Positions 1-11,830 of a DNA stretch of 64,000 nt are shown here, piece after piece. Below the pieces are notes generated by a model. That model worked only from the letters and a program-made list of their open reading frames with translations. It was not told where the DNA came from and made no database searches. The stretch comes from Camelus ferus (taxonomy: Eukaryota): positions 48,858,001-48,922,000 of the forward strand of contig NC_045697.1 in assembly GCF_009834535.1 (NCBI RefSeq), in the 5' to 3' direction. The first letter of the stretch is position 1. Each line of letters starts with the position of its first letter. The position numbers were made by a program, and so were the translations under genes.

Positions 1-576
1 AAACATGAAAACACTAATTTAAAAAGATACGTGCACCCCAATGTTCACAGAAGCACTATTTACAATGGCCAAGACAGAAGCAACTCAAAACCCATCAACA
101 CATAAATAGATTAAGATGATGTGACATACATATATTATTACTAGGCCACAAAAAAGAATGAAATTCTGCCATTTGCAGCAACTTGGATGGACCCCAAGAA
201 TATTATGCTTAGTGAAGTAAGAAAGATAGAGAAAGACAAATACTGTATGATATCACTTACATGTGGAATCTAAAAAATAATACAAACGAATGTACATACA
301 AAACAGAAACAGACTCACAGACAGAGAAAACAAACCTGTGGTTACCAAAGGGGAGAGGAGAGGGGAGGGGTAAATTAGGAATTTAGGATTAGTAGATACA
401 AACTACTATATATAATAGATTAACAACAAGATCCTATTGTATAGCACAGGGAACTATATTCAATATATTATAATAGCCTATAATGGAAAATAATCTGCAA
501 AAATACTGAATCACTATGCTATACACCTGAAATTGGCACAATATTGTAAATCCACTATACTGCAATTTTAAAAAAG
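1..576 (+). mobile_element. L1 3' end (ORF2 C-terminus plus 3'UTR), continues beyond the window start
   Basis: tgcaccccaatgttc...ccatttgcagcaacttggatgg...atgtggaatctaa...gtatagcacagggaac, homologous to 43270-43850. Confidence 0.9.
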
Positions 577-635
577 TTTAGACAGAATAAAGAACCTGCA
601 TTTCCCCCCCTGTACTTCTAAGTTGTTATGTAACT

Positions 636-744
636 AGGGATGTTAGATAAAATCAGGGATAAACTTTCAGTAAAAAATTATTTACTGTCTGAAATTCAGA
701 AATAACTGGGCATCTGTATTTTGATGTGCTCAGTCTGGCACCCT
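636..744. mobile_element. MER53-like hAT MITE remnant
   Basis: tctgaaattcagaaataactgggcatctgtattttg...tctggcaccct resembles the MER53 terminus. Confidence 0.6.
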
Positions 745-1963
745 TCACGGGACCTATTGATACACGTGTACATGTGGTGATGGAGTTATTAGAGGGTCCC
801 ATCATTTCACTGCCTATTTCAGCCCACAAATCTCAGTCATTAACAGTCTCGTCACCGTGTCAGTGGAGGGCCATTGACAGAGCTAAACTCCAATTTGCAC
901 ATATTGGGTTTCAAGTTTGTGTTAATATTCCAGAAACAGTCAAGCAGTAGAGGAAACTAGCTCAGGATAAAACCCTGCAAATAGTTCTACAAAGGGGCAA
1001 ACCCATACCTGAAACACACTGATCACTTTCTTTTCACCACATTCAAACGTGGCTATTCACATTCTAATTATCACAATACACGTTGTGGGTGATTTCCAAA
1101 ATTGTGAAATGAGCCTTTTAATTATAATGTCAAGATATCTGATGTATCTTCTAATCCTCGTCCCCAGCACCCACCATCACTGGCCACTAAGGCTCCCTGA
1201 TGGTACTGGGAGGGGTCGTCCGGGGGGCTGTGTCAGCCACACAGGCTGGAAGGCCAATGTCAGCCTTATGAGGCTGAGGTCACCTTCAGCCCACAACTTG
1301 AAAGCTTCTAATGACAAGACCCACCTATCCACAGAGAGCTGCAACCAATTTGTCCGGGAGATAACACCACTGGAAACACATTCCTTACTGGTGAGATACT
1401 GATAACCTGCAAAATCATTTTAAAAACATGGATAATTGCTTTATCACTGCCATTTTATCTTAGTGTAACGTTGTATTGTTCTCAAAGGACTTCACCTATT
1501 CCTAGCCATGTCTCTGAAGCTTTGCAAGTCATCCCCCAGAAAGGTTCTTAAGGAACAAGAAAAGGAAAGGCAAGTTTGAATACGGAGCCAGGAAAGAGAC
1601 AGGTGTGGAGGAAGAATTCCTGGAAGAGGAAAGAGGTGAGAGAGATGGGGTGGGGTGTGCAGAAAGCAGCGGGTACTGATGCGGAGAAGCCAGGAGGTTT
1701 CATTTGGGTGCTGGCTAGGACAGAGCACAAAGACAAAGTGCCTCTTCTTCAGAAGTTGGATTAGTCCACCCTGCAATGGACAAAGGGTCTTCTAGGGCTA
1801 CAGGTAAGTACTCGTAAGTACTCGTAAGTTAAGTACCTTAAACTCAATAGCATTTATTAAGCATCTACTATCTGGGAGAGAAGTGATTTCTCTTATAAAA
1901 ATAATCAACGTTCCAACATCTCAATATTAAACAGGTATTTCAACCATTAAAAATTATAAAATA

Positions 1964-2060
1964 GGGAAGGTATAGCTCAGAGGCAGAATACATGATTAGC
2001 ATGCCCAAGGCCCTGGGTTTAATCCCCAGCACCTCCACTAAAATAAGATAAAATAAATGA
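1964..2060 (+). mobile_element. tRNA-derived SINE (Vic-1-like)
   Basis: gggaaggtatagctcag (A box)...ctgggtttaatccccagcacctcc (B box) followed by an A-rich tail. Confidence 0.85.
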
Positions 2061-2320
2061 TAGAACAAACTATGACTGATTTTTTGTTTTGTTTTGGGGG
2101 ACAGTAGAAAATGATCGGCCTATATTCATACCGTAATAACCACAAAACCCGCGGTCTCTTCTCCCTTCTTACTGTGTTGTTTCTCCTATTTCTATTTTTA
2201 TTGGCACGTGAACTTGCTCTCATCAAAGGAGTTAGACAAGATGGGAGGGTTAATTTATTTAAGAGAAGGTGAGTCAACATGGCTGGGAAAACGAAGGGCA
2301 CCAGTGAGTTTTGTCTTTAT

Positions 2321-2430
2321 TGGGGGGGCAGGTAGGTAATCTATTTTACTTCTTTATTTTTGGAGGAGATACCGGGGATTGAACCCAGGATCTTGTTCTT
2401 GCTGAACACACTTGAGCTATACCCTTCCCC
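2321..2430 (-). mobile_element. tRNA-derived SINE (Vic-1-like), small internal deletion
   Basis: ggggattgaacccagga...ttgagctatacccttcccc is the reverse complement of the SINE head. Confidence 0.85.
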
Positions 2431-2608
2431 ACTCCAGTTCTGTCTTTAAAGCAAAACAAATAAAAGCATTGATGGACCCAAATTGTGGTTTTCCAGGGGC
2501 TGAAGAACCCTTGCTGGGCTGGGTCGGGATTTTGAGCAACCACAGAAAACCAACTCATCTGAACACCTATTGACTTAAAAACAAGCCTGGGCTTTTGTGT
2601 AAGATAGA

Positions 2609-2790
2609 CTGGAGTTCAAATCCACACTTAATAGATGTGTCCCCTTGGCCAGGCTGCCCTATTAAGTCTGTTTCCTCATCTGTAAAATAGAGTAATAATA
2701 ATAATACCTATCTCCTGGAGTCGTGAGAATTAAATGAGAATGAATGCTTAGAACACCTAGAGCTACAGGTGAGAGCTTACTAGAATTACT
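2609..2790 (+). mobile_element. MIR SINE
   Basis: gttcaaatcc...tgtttcctcatctgtaaaatagagtaataata...gagaattaaatgaga core. Confidence 0.75.
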
Positions 2791-4554
2791 TCTCTAGAGG
2801 TGGCAGGCTAACTCATAATTGATTCCTAGAGGTAATATTCTACATTTGACCCCAAGTAATCCACTTCTTCAGAACCTACTACAAATCTTATGAATGTGAA
2901 TGCCCGGTGGGCCAGTTCAATCACCTCGTGGATATTCAATGTTAAAAGCTCCCCTTTTACCCCTGTCCTTAATTTTAGAACGTCAGTCCCAAGAAACTGT
3001 CATTCTAATTCCACCTACATCATCTGCATTTAGGGGACAGGTCCGGGGTGCCATGAACTGTCACACAAAAAGAGAAGACCTCTCACTATCGGAGGGCGGT
3101 TCCTAAGAAAATCAAAGACAAGTAAGCCTTTTCTGAACATTTTATGAAAAGGTCTCAAAGTTACATTAGCAACTGTATGATGCAAGCTTGCAAAGAGGGA
3201 GAACACAAGCTAGATTAAATAAAACAAAATAAAACCTTGGAGGTCTTGTATCCCTGAACCTGGGCTTATTCTTCTGTTCATTAGAATCTCGTGGAGTGAC
3301 TCGGAGCTTCTGACCTCTGCCCTGACTTTGTGACAGTGATGGAAAAGGGGGTGAGGGATCCTGAAGCAAAGGTTGAAAGGGCCTTGAATCTAAATACCGC
3401 TGGCCTCGTGGGGCTGCAGCCGCAGGTCACGCTCCCCCAGATTTCCCACAGCCCGACACGGGCCCCCAGGCCTCATCAAGTCAGCGTGGTTGTTGTGAAG
3501 GTGTCAGATGAGAAACTGTGTAAACAGAGTGACAGGGAGGCCATTCCTGCTTCGTGACCTGCACAGAAAGGTCTATTTTTAGAAACCGCTGCAAGCTGTT
3601 ACGCCTGTGGAAAGAAGGCCAGCCCCACACTGTTGCTATTTTTGAACATTTCAGTGCATTGGGGTTGTGGTTCTACAATGTTTGTGAAGGAGCTCAGGGA
3701 AGCTAAGAACCATCCCCAAACTCTATTTTAAGTTGAAAACCTGAATTTTGAATTTGACGTATACATCATGGCCAAGAAGAGACGTGGAGTGATTCTTTCA
3801 TTTTGAGGAATAACCATGGAGTTTCTCAAATTGACACTGATCCCATCATGTGAGGTCCCACGTGGGTCAAAGAGATAAGGAAGGTCCACAGGAATGACCT
3901 CCCCAGCCAGAGGATGGCTCTGGTGCCTTCCTAGTGCTGCAGGCCGCCTGCCTCGGTGGGCACTGGATCACTTGGCCAGTTTGCTGCAAAGCAGGCTCCC
4001 CCATGGAGAGACTGATGTAGGGAAGAGCACAGGGCTGTGCATGTTAAACACACACCACCGCTGATTGTGATGGACATGTGTCTAAAGTCTACGTGTTGAG
4101 GAACACCGTTGTATGAAGAAGATAATGTGAAAAGTGAAAGATGCTGAAGAGGGAGGAGGGAGAATCATCAAATAAAACATGAACATACCAAATCATCAGT
4201 TCCTGCCGCCAACGAGAAAGGACAAGCCACAAGAGGAAAGGAAAGAAGAGCACGGCCCTGGGGTGGCCACGGATGTCCTGACGCAGCCAGCTCGCCATAG
4301 CAAACCTGGCTTCTCTTCCTAATTCTGTGTTCCTGGTCCTGGGATCTGTGACTGGACCTTCCATTCCGGGTGCTTCCACTTCCATAAAGCAGGCAGCAGC
4401 TTCTCCAGAACGACCTCTCAGGGATCAGGAGAAGGGCTTGGCCAGTGACCTCTGATCCCCTCCACCCTAATACTAAAGTTCTTTTACATCTATGGTCACC
4501 AGTGGGTCACCTTTTCCCATGGATTTTTTTTCCCTTATGACAAATTTGATTTCT

Positions 4555-5350
4555 TTTTTTTTAAATTAAATTATAGTCAATTTACAATGTTGTGTTAATT
4601 TCTGGTGTATAGCATAGTAATTCAGATATATATATATATATATATATTCTTTTTCATATTCTTTTCCATTATGGTTTATTACAAGATATTTAATATAGTC
4701 CCCTGTGCTATACAGTATGACCTTGCTGTTTATCTATTTTATGTATAGTAGTATGTATCTGCAAATCCCAGACTCCCAATTTATTCCTCCCCATCTGCAG
4801 TCCCCCTTGGTAACCATAACTTTGTTTTCTATGTCTGAGTCTGTCTCTGTTTTATAAATAAGTTCCTTTGTGTCCTTTTTGTTTTTTTAAGATCCCACAT
4901 GTAAGTGATATCAAATGGTATTTTTTCTTTCTCTCTCTGGCTTACTTCACTTAGAATGATGATTTTCAGGTCCATTCACGTTGCTGCAAATGGCATTATT
5001 TCATTCTTTTTTAGGACTGAGTAGTATTCCATTGTATAAATATACATTTTCTTTATCCAGTCATCTGTCAATGGACATTTAGGTTGTTTCCTTGTCTTGG
5101 CTATTGTCAATAGTGCTGCTATGAACACTGGAATGCATGCACATTTTCCAATTAGAGTTTCCTCTAGATAAATGCCCAGGAGTGGGATTGCTGGATCACA
5201 GGATGTCTATTTTCAGTTTTTTAAGGACTCTCCATACTATTTTCCATAATGGGTGCACCAAATTACATTCCCAACAGTGTAGGAAGGTTCCATTTTTACC
5301 ACACCCTCTCCAGCATTTATTGTTTGTGGACTTTTTAATGATGGCCATTC
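4555..5350 (-). mobile_element. 5'-truncated L1 with TSD
   Basis: Reverse-complement L1 3' end with a T tract. 17-bp direct repeat tgacaaatttgatttct at 4538-4554 and 5351-5367; internal (TA)n. Confidence 0.92.
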
Positions 5351-6149
5351 TGACAAATTTGATTTCTGTCCCATTTGGGTCTGACTTTGACTAGCAGGAA
5401 ACATAAGCCTCATCCTCCTTGAATCTTGCTCTCTCACCATGTCTTCTGGCTTTGAGGCAGTAAAACTGGGCCAGACATAGGGAAGAAACCACTTATCTTA
5501 GGAAGGATGGAAACACCTCTGCCCAGTGGCATCTGCTAGACAGCTGGTCACTGAGTGAAGGGAAGTGCGTGAAACCCAGGGCCCAGGTTTTTGCTTCACA
5601 CTTGTTGTCTTTATTGTCACAACCTTCATACAAAGTGGGGATGACTGTCTTCACTTCCCAGAGGAATAAAAATAGTAAAGCACGGGTGAAGGCAGTGGGC
5701 CCCACCCTCCCAGTAAGGGGCAGGGTTGCAGACCAAGTCCTGTCCAATTGCAAACCAGTGCCCATTACCACCAAACAGCACTGCTGCTGGAGTGGGGATC
5801 AGAAAGGAACCCCAAGCTCCAAGTGACAGGGGACTGCAGAGGCCCTGACTCCAGTGAAGCTTGCAGGAGCTGAGGGCACAGTGAAGGGCGGGCCCTGCCA
5901 CGAGGAGCATCCTGAAAGTCAGGCTCCCAGGACCTAACCCCCAAGGGAGGGCTGGAGAAAAGACCTCACTGAGGGAGGACTGGGCACAAAGTGTGGAGGG
6001 CGTCCGGTCTATCTCATTTCACAGCAGGGAGAAACCCTTCCAGAAGGAGCCTTCTTCAGTGGGGGATGCAGGTGAAAAGAGCGGTCCAGTCTGGCAAGGA
6101 GACTCTTGACCATAAGGGCAGTGAAGAGGAGCCCAGCCTGTCCACCCCA

Positions 6150-6450
6150 ATGAACTCTTTTTTCTTTAAGCATAAAGGAGGTTTATTGGCTCACACAACC
6201 AAAAAGAGTAGGGTCTCACTGGATCTGACTGGATCCAGGGGCTCAAACAATGTCCTCAGGAATCTGCCTCCATCCTTGGTCCGGTGTCCCTCTGAATTGC
6301 CTTGACTCCCAGAAAGGGGGTCAAGGCAACTTGATGCTAATGGTGGCTTATGGCTGCCCAGATTGCATCGAATCAGCTTTAAAACCTCAGCTGACAGACA
6401 GTGCCCCTCCACGAGCTCTTAATGCAGGACAAAGGACTAATGCTGTCCAG
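6150..6450 (-). mobile_element. MaLR LTR remnant (MLT1J/K-like)
   Basis: ttaagcataaaggaggtttattggctcacacaacc...ctggatccaggggctcaaacaatgtcctcagga. Confidence 0.55.
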
Positions 6451-6469
6451 TGACATCATTCATAACAGC

Positions 6470-6920
6470 TGACATTTATACAGCAATTTACTACACCAGG
6501 GAGAGATACTGTTAACACATCCGTTTTACGGATGATAAAACTATGTTAGCGGTTAAGGCACTTGACTAGCAAATGCTAAAGCTGGGATTCAAAGTCAGGC
6601 AACCTGGCTCAGGGCGTGTGTGCCCATCCACCGCACCACACAGCTTCCCTTGTTTTCACTGGGTATGTTCTGCTTCACAAATATTCAGTGTGTACATACC
6701 ATGTGCCAAGAATCATTCTAGGCACGGGGGATACCACACTGAACAAAATCCCTGTCATCGAGGAGTTTATAATCTAATGAGAGGGAACAGAATGAAAAAT
6801 GAAAAATAAGAGGTGTTGGGGCTACAGCAGGAAGGGGGTTCCAACAGTGACTGGCTGTGCAAGGAAGGCTGACGTTTGAGCAAATACCTAAAGGGAACCA
6901 GGGGCAAGTCAAAAGGGTAA
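6470..6920 (-). mobile_element. MIR fragment followed by L2 3' end
   Basis: ccgttttacggatgataaaact...gctgggattcaaagtcagg, then caaatattcagtg...ccatgtgccaag...tctaggcac...ggagtttataatcta. Confidence 0.6.
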
Positions 6921-7552
6921 ATCAACCATTTCAACTTACTTTAAAAAAAAAAAAAAAAGTAAGTAGTATGCAGCCACTAGTGAAAAACAATGATTCTCGT
7001 TCATCTTTTGCTCCTTTAAGTTATGAGGGGGAAGGACAGACGGTTAGGAAAACATCTCACTCCCGTGACAAATCCATGAAAGACGGTTTCAGGTGTCCAG
7101 GGTCTGCAGGTCCTGCTCATTTACCATCAATAAATAACAACGGCTGATTCCTAAGAGACCCCTTTAAAGAAACATTCCAAAGAATCCTTTTAAAATCCTC
7201 CTTAGAATCACAGTCTTCATGAAAACAGCACAGCAACCTTCCCACATAAACAATAAACACACTAACCAAGCAAGCATCCTCAAGAATAATTTCACACCTC
7301 CCACCCACTATGTAAACAGCATCAGACAGGAGTTTGACAGCAGAATAAGGATGAAGTGGGAAAACTGCATTTTTCAAATGCACTGACAAACTGTACAGGC
7401 GATCCAGCAGCTAGTGGAGACAGAGCGACGTGGGACTCGAGACCAGGCAGGCAGTGGAACAGACATTTTAGTGACAGAGGGAAAAGCATAAAAAGGCTGG
7501 TTTTAGAGGTATAATTTTACCAAGGACACATAAGACTTCAAATCTGCAACAT

Positions 7553-8088
7553 GTAATCCCACTCTTGGGCATATATCTGGAGGAAACTCTAGTTCAAAAA
7601 GATACATGCACCCCAGTGCTCATAGCAGCACTACTGACAATAGCCAAGACAGGGAAGCAACCTAAGTCATTCTAAGTGAGGTAGGCCAGAAAGAGAAAGG
7701 AAAATACCATATAAGATCACTTACATGTGGCACAACAACAACAAAAGGACATAAATGAACTTATTTAGAAAACAGAAACAGACTCACAGACAGAGAATAA
7801 AACTTATGGTTACCAGGTGGGTAAGAGGGGGAGGGGGAGAGATAAATTGGGAGTTCGGGATTGCAGACACTAACTACTATATATGAAATAGATAAACCAC
7901 AAGGTCTCACCGTAGAGCACAGGGAACTATATTCAGTATCTTGTAACAGCCTATAATGAAAAAGAATATGAAAAGGTATATATATGTGTATAACTAAATC
8001 ACTATGCTGTACACCAGAAATTAACATAACATTGTAAACTATCTACACTTCAATAAAAAAATAAATTTTTTTAAAAAATAAAAAATAA
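7553..8088 (+). mobile_element. 5'-truncated L1 3' end with an internal deletion of about 120 bp at 7665
   Basis: aatcccactcttgggcatatatc...gaagcaacctaa|gtcattctaagtg jumps relative to 43335-43457; AATAAA and A-rich tail. Confidence 0.9.
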
Positions 8089-8298
8089 GAAATTGCCACA
8101 CACTAGGATGCCAGAGGTAACAGAACCATGAGAAGACAGGTAGCAACAAACACATATTTGAGGTCACCGCTTTAATTGGCAATGGTCAAAGGGAAAAGAA
8201 CCTTAAGGGTCACGTCAAGTCACACAGACCAGGGGTTTCTCTGCCTTTGGAAGGGTAAGCACTGCATAGGATTCTTAGTGTTCCCAGACATATACTTT

Positions 8299-8400
8299 AT
8301 TATTTTTTTTTTTGCCTTTTTTTAAACATTTTTTCCCTGTGCTATACAGTATAATCTTGTTTATCTATTCTACATTTTGAAATCCCAGTCTGTCCCGCCA
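8299..8400 (-). mobile_element. Mini-L1 3'UTR fragment with TSD
   Basis: Reverse complement matches 43641-43706 joined to about 43836-43851. Flanks ccagacatatacttt (8284-8298) and ccaaacatatacttt (8401-8415). Confidence 0.85.
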
Positions 8401-9374
8401 CCAAACATATACTTTTAAGTCTCCCGCCAGGACCTTGCTAGGATACCTGTGATTTTGGAGCATTTATAATTAAATAAGACGTAAAAATATATAATCCAGA
8501 AGGAAAGGGGTCAGCAAAATGTGGAATTACCCAGAACAGGACAAAACAGCCTCAAAGCTCTGATGTAGCATTAAGGAGATGTGTGGTGGGTGGTACTTAA
8601 CAACCTTTCCAAAAACCATTTCTCTATCCCTGGGTCCCAAGAAATGGGGGACTGACACTAAAGCTATCCAAAGTGTGACTTTTCAAAACCAGGGGCAGAT
8701 GAGTAGATGAATATTCCATGAAGATGCTCACGCCTTGTTTCACTCCAGGACCTCTTGACATTGTCTTCACAGACAACGTCCCATGAGACTGAATAAGTTC
8801 AATGGCATCAAGCCATCCTTCTTTCATGGTTTGTTTCATGGCACCATCCAGGAATGGCATGCAGAGTGAACATGGCAACTGCAGTGTGATGGGGATGGTT
8901 CCACCCGCTCAGAACGGCTGGACGGTCCCAACACCTGCTGGTAAAAATGAACTCCTGGAGCAGCAGCGTGTGACAACGGCTCAAGTCACAGGTGTTTTCA
9001 GGGAGGGCCAGACAAGTGCTCCCCTGCCCACGCCCATCTGTCAGTGGAAACATCACTTGATGAGCTTTTTAAAAACGACACCTCCATATAGCAGTAATGA
9101 GAAACAGAGCTCACAGAAATGCACAAGCAGAAGCCAATGCTGGGAGCAGCCAGTCCCCACAGGCGGTCCTGAGACCTCAGCAGGGGCTCTGTTTTTGCAC
9201 TTTAGTTGCCCCCAGTCATAAGGCTCTGCTCCACTCGCTGCCTGTCTTGACTGGCTTTTGATTCTCTTCCCGCTGCTATCCTCATGCCCCTTTCCATTCT
9301 GCGTGTCTTTCTTTCCCCTCTTAGTTTCTACCTACTTGTTGTTTCTCTATATCACTCAACTCACAGCTTAAACC

Positions 9375-9551
9375 AGTGGTTCTCAACCATCACTGCACAT
9401 TAGAATCACCTGAGCAAGTATAAAAATGTGCAATGCCAGGCTACACCCTACCCCAGTTATAACAGAATCTTTGCAGGGTGGGAGCATCAGTTTGTTTGTT
9501 ATTAACTCCTTAGGGAATTCCAAAGTGTAGTCAAGCTTGAGTCGAACCAGC
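9375..9551. mobile_element. MER5A-like hAT-Charlie MITE
   Basis: cagtggttctcaa...gcacattagaatcacctg...cagaatct...gcttgag...aaccagc. Confidence 0.75.
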
Positions 9552-10859
9552 TTTAAGCAACTTTGATGCAAGGATGCAGAATTACAAATGTTTGACTCAT
9601 ATCCTAACTCAGAATTATCCATCCAAACTTATTTATTTTAGCTAATACGCCCACATTTAGAACTAGGGGAAAGGATTCCACATAATTTTTGTGTGATCTC
9701 AGAACTCAGACTTCATATCCTCCACAAAGGCTCAGGCAGATATGTGAGTGCCATTCCTTAATGACTGGGCATGGACTGGTGACTCCTGCTTGGAATACAT
9801 TTGTCTGAAGTAAAACCATGTTATCCCAGGAATGAAACCAGGTCTTTTATCATCAAACCTCCTTCCTGGGGAACAATACGGCATTCCTTTGTAGGGCCAG
9901 TGTTAACTGCGTAGCCAGTGAGCATATGTAACCCAATGAATAAAAATAGCAGTTATCATTATGTGTTGTAGGAAAAATGTCCCTTTTCTCATTACAGTAA
10001 GGGAGTCTTATTGCATACCTCTTAGGAAACCTAATAACGTGTTACATGAATTTTCCACGGGAAGGAACAACTGGTTAGGAAATCAGATACTATACTTCTA
10101 GACAGTGACATTCAAACCTAAGACTCCAGGAAAGCCCAGAACTGCTCTGAGTATGATCTCAGCAGGATTGAAATGCCTCCTCAAAGCCTCCTGAGCGAAT
10201 TCCCATGATGCCAGGCCTCCTGGAAACGTTCCTGGGGGTCGAAGGCCACTGCAGCTGCCTCCTTCCCCTCCTCTCAACCACTTGCTCAAGTGGAAAAAAT
10301 GTTGAAAGGGTAAGTTACCACAGTTCTCAGATAGCCTGATTCCCCTCTGGGAAAGTCTAATCCTGGGTCCTCAGATGGGATGCAGACTGTACTGCAGTTT
10401 GGGATTTGTATTCATGTCCCAGGTATCAGCCAGTCTTTGCTCAAAGGAAGAATCGCAGAGAGCAGAAGAGTGAGGGACAAGTGAGGTAATGGTGGAGGGC
10501 AGTAGCGGCTGAGAGGGTCATCCCAAGCATTAGGGAGGTATGTGGAGAAAGGAAGTATCACTCGAGATGTCAAAAGCTCCCAACACATGAGTCAGAGTCA
10601 CACTGCCGCCATATTGGCTGCCACCACTGCTCAGTGATCTCCTTGGAGGACACCGGTACTCACACGCCCCTACCTGCACCTCCACAGAGGGCTTAGCCAT
10701 AGAGCACAGCATGGAGCTCCTTTTTATATCTTGAGAGGCAATTCTTGGAACTTACAGGGGACAAAAATCTTCCAAATTTGGATTCTGTGTCCAGGTGAGG
10801 TGGAGGAGGCCACATCTATGTGCACATAGTGAGTACCTGGAGCTTCAGGAACAGTTTTA

Positions 10860-11036
10860 GGGGGTAGGGGGCAGAGCTCAGTGGTAGAGCGCACTTGGCC
10901 TGCATGAGGTCCTGGATTCAATCCCTAGTGTCTACGTTAAGGGAAAATAACAACAACAACAACAATAACAATAACAATAAATAAATTAATTAAGCATTTA
11001 AAAAAGAAGATAGTTAAAAAAAGAAAAAAAAAAAAG
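10860..11036 (+). mobile_element. tRNA-derived SINE (Vic-1-like) with long (AAC)n/A tail
   Basis: agctcagtggtagagcgcacttggcctgcatgaggtcctggattcaatccc. Confidence 0.88.
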
Positions 11037-11639
11037 AATGGTTTTGCAATTGCCTATCAAAAGTTTATTGTTCCTTTTCTATTTGTCCTCAACTCCTGCC
11101 TGCCCACAAGAGAGTTGTTTTTTGACATCATAATTTTCCCAAAGGCCAAATGTTGTGCTGTCTAAAGAACTGACCTTTTCAAATCACTCAGCCTGTGTTA
11201 CATGTGCCCACATAACTAACCACTTAATTCAATGGGACAAAAATGCAACAGGAAATGAAAGACACTTGCTTTGAGAGCCCCCTTCTGCAGTTGGAGGGTC
11301 CTTTTCCTTAGCTCAGCCTCTCACCAAGGTGCTCTGATGTGTTTCAGAATCAGAACCCTTCCTACTCAAGTTCTCCAGAAAACATGGTCTTTTTTTTTCT
11401 TTAAATCTCCATTCTGAACTTGGGCCTAGTTGGCACTGTCTCTAAAACATTTCCTCTTAGCAAAAAGGTTATAATCAGAACTTTAAAACCCTATGTTCTC
11501 ATTTACAGAAACAAGTCAAATTAGCACATTAAATAGAACCATCATAAGAGAATGCAGTCGGGTGAATTTTCATAAGCTGAGACTGTATGGTAGAAGCTTC
11601 TCATGGAATAAGGGCTCTATTTTATTCCAATGAACCATT

Positions 11640-11830
11640 TTCATATACACTATCTTATTTCACTCTTACAGCAACTCGGCAGGGAAGATATTATTACTAT
11701 TCTCTACTTTAAGAAGAAACTTAGTCTCAGAGAGACTGAGTTGTGCTCGTGGCACCACGGCCAGAACACAGCCCCACTGCGATTGGAATCCTAACAACAC
11801 AGACTTCTCTTCCCATGCTGTTCACCACCT
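11640..11830 (-). mobile_element. MIR SINE
   Basis: tcttatttcactcttacagcaact...attattactattctctactttaagaagaaacttagtctcagagag. Confidence 0.6.
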
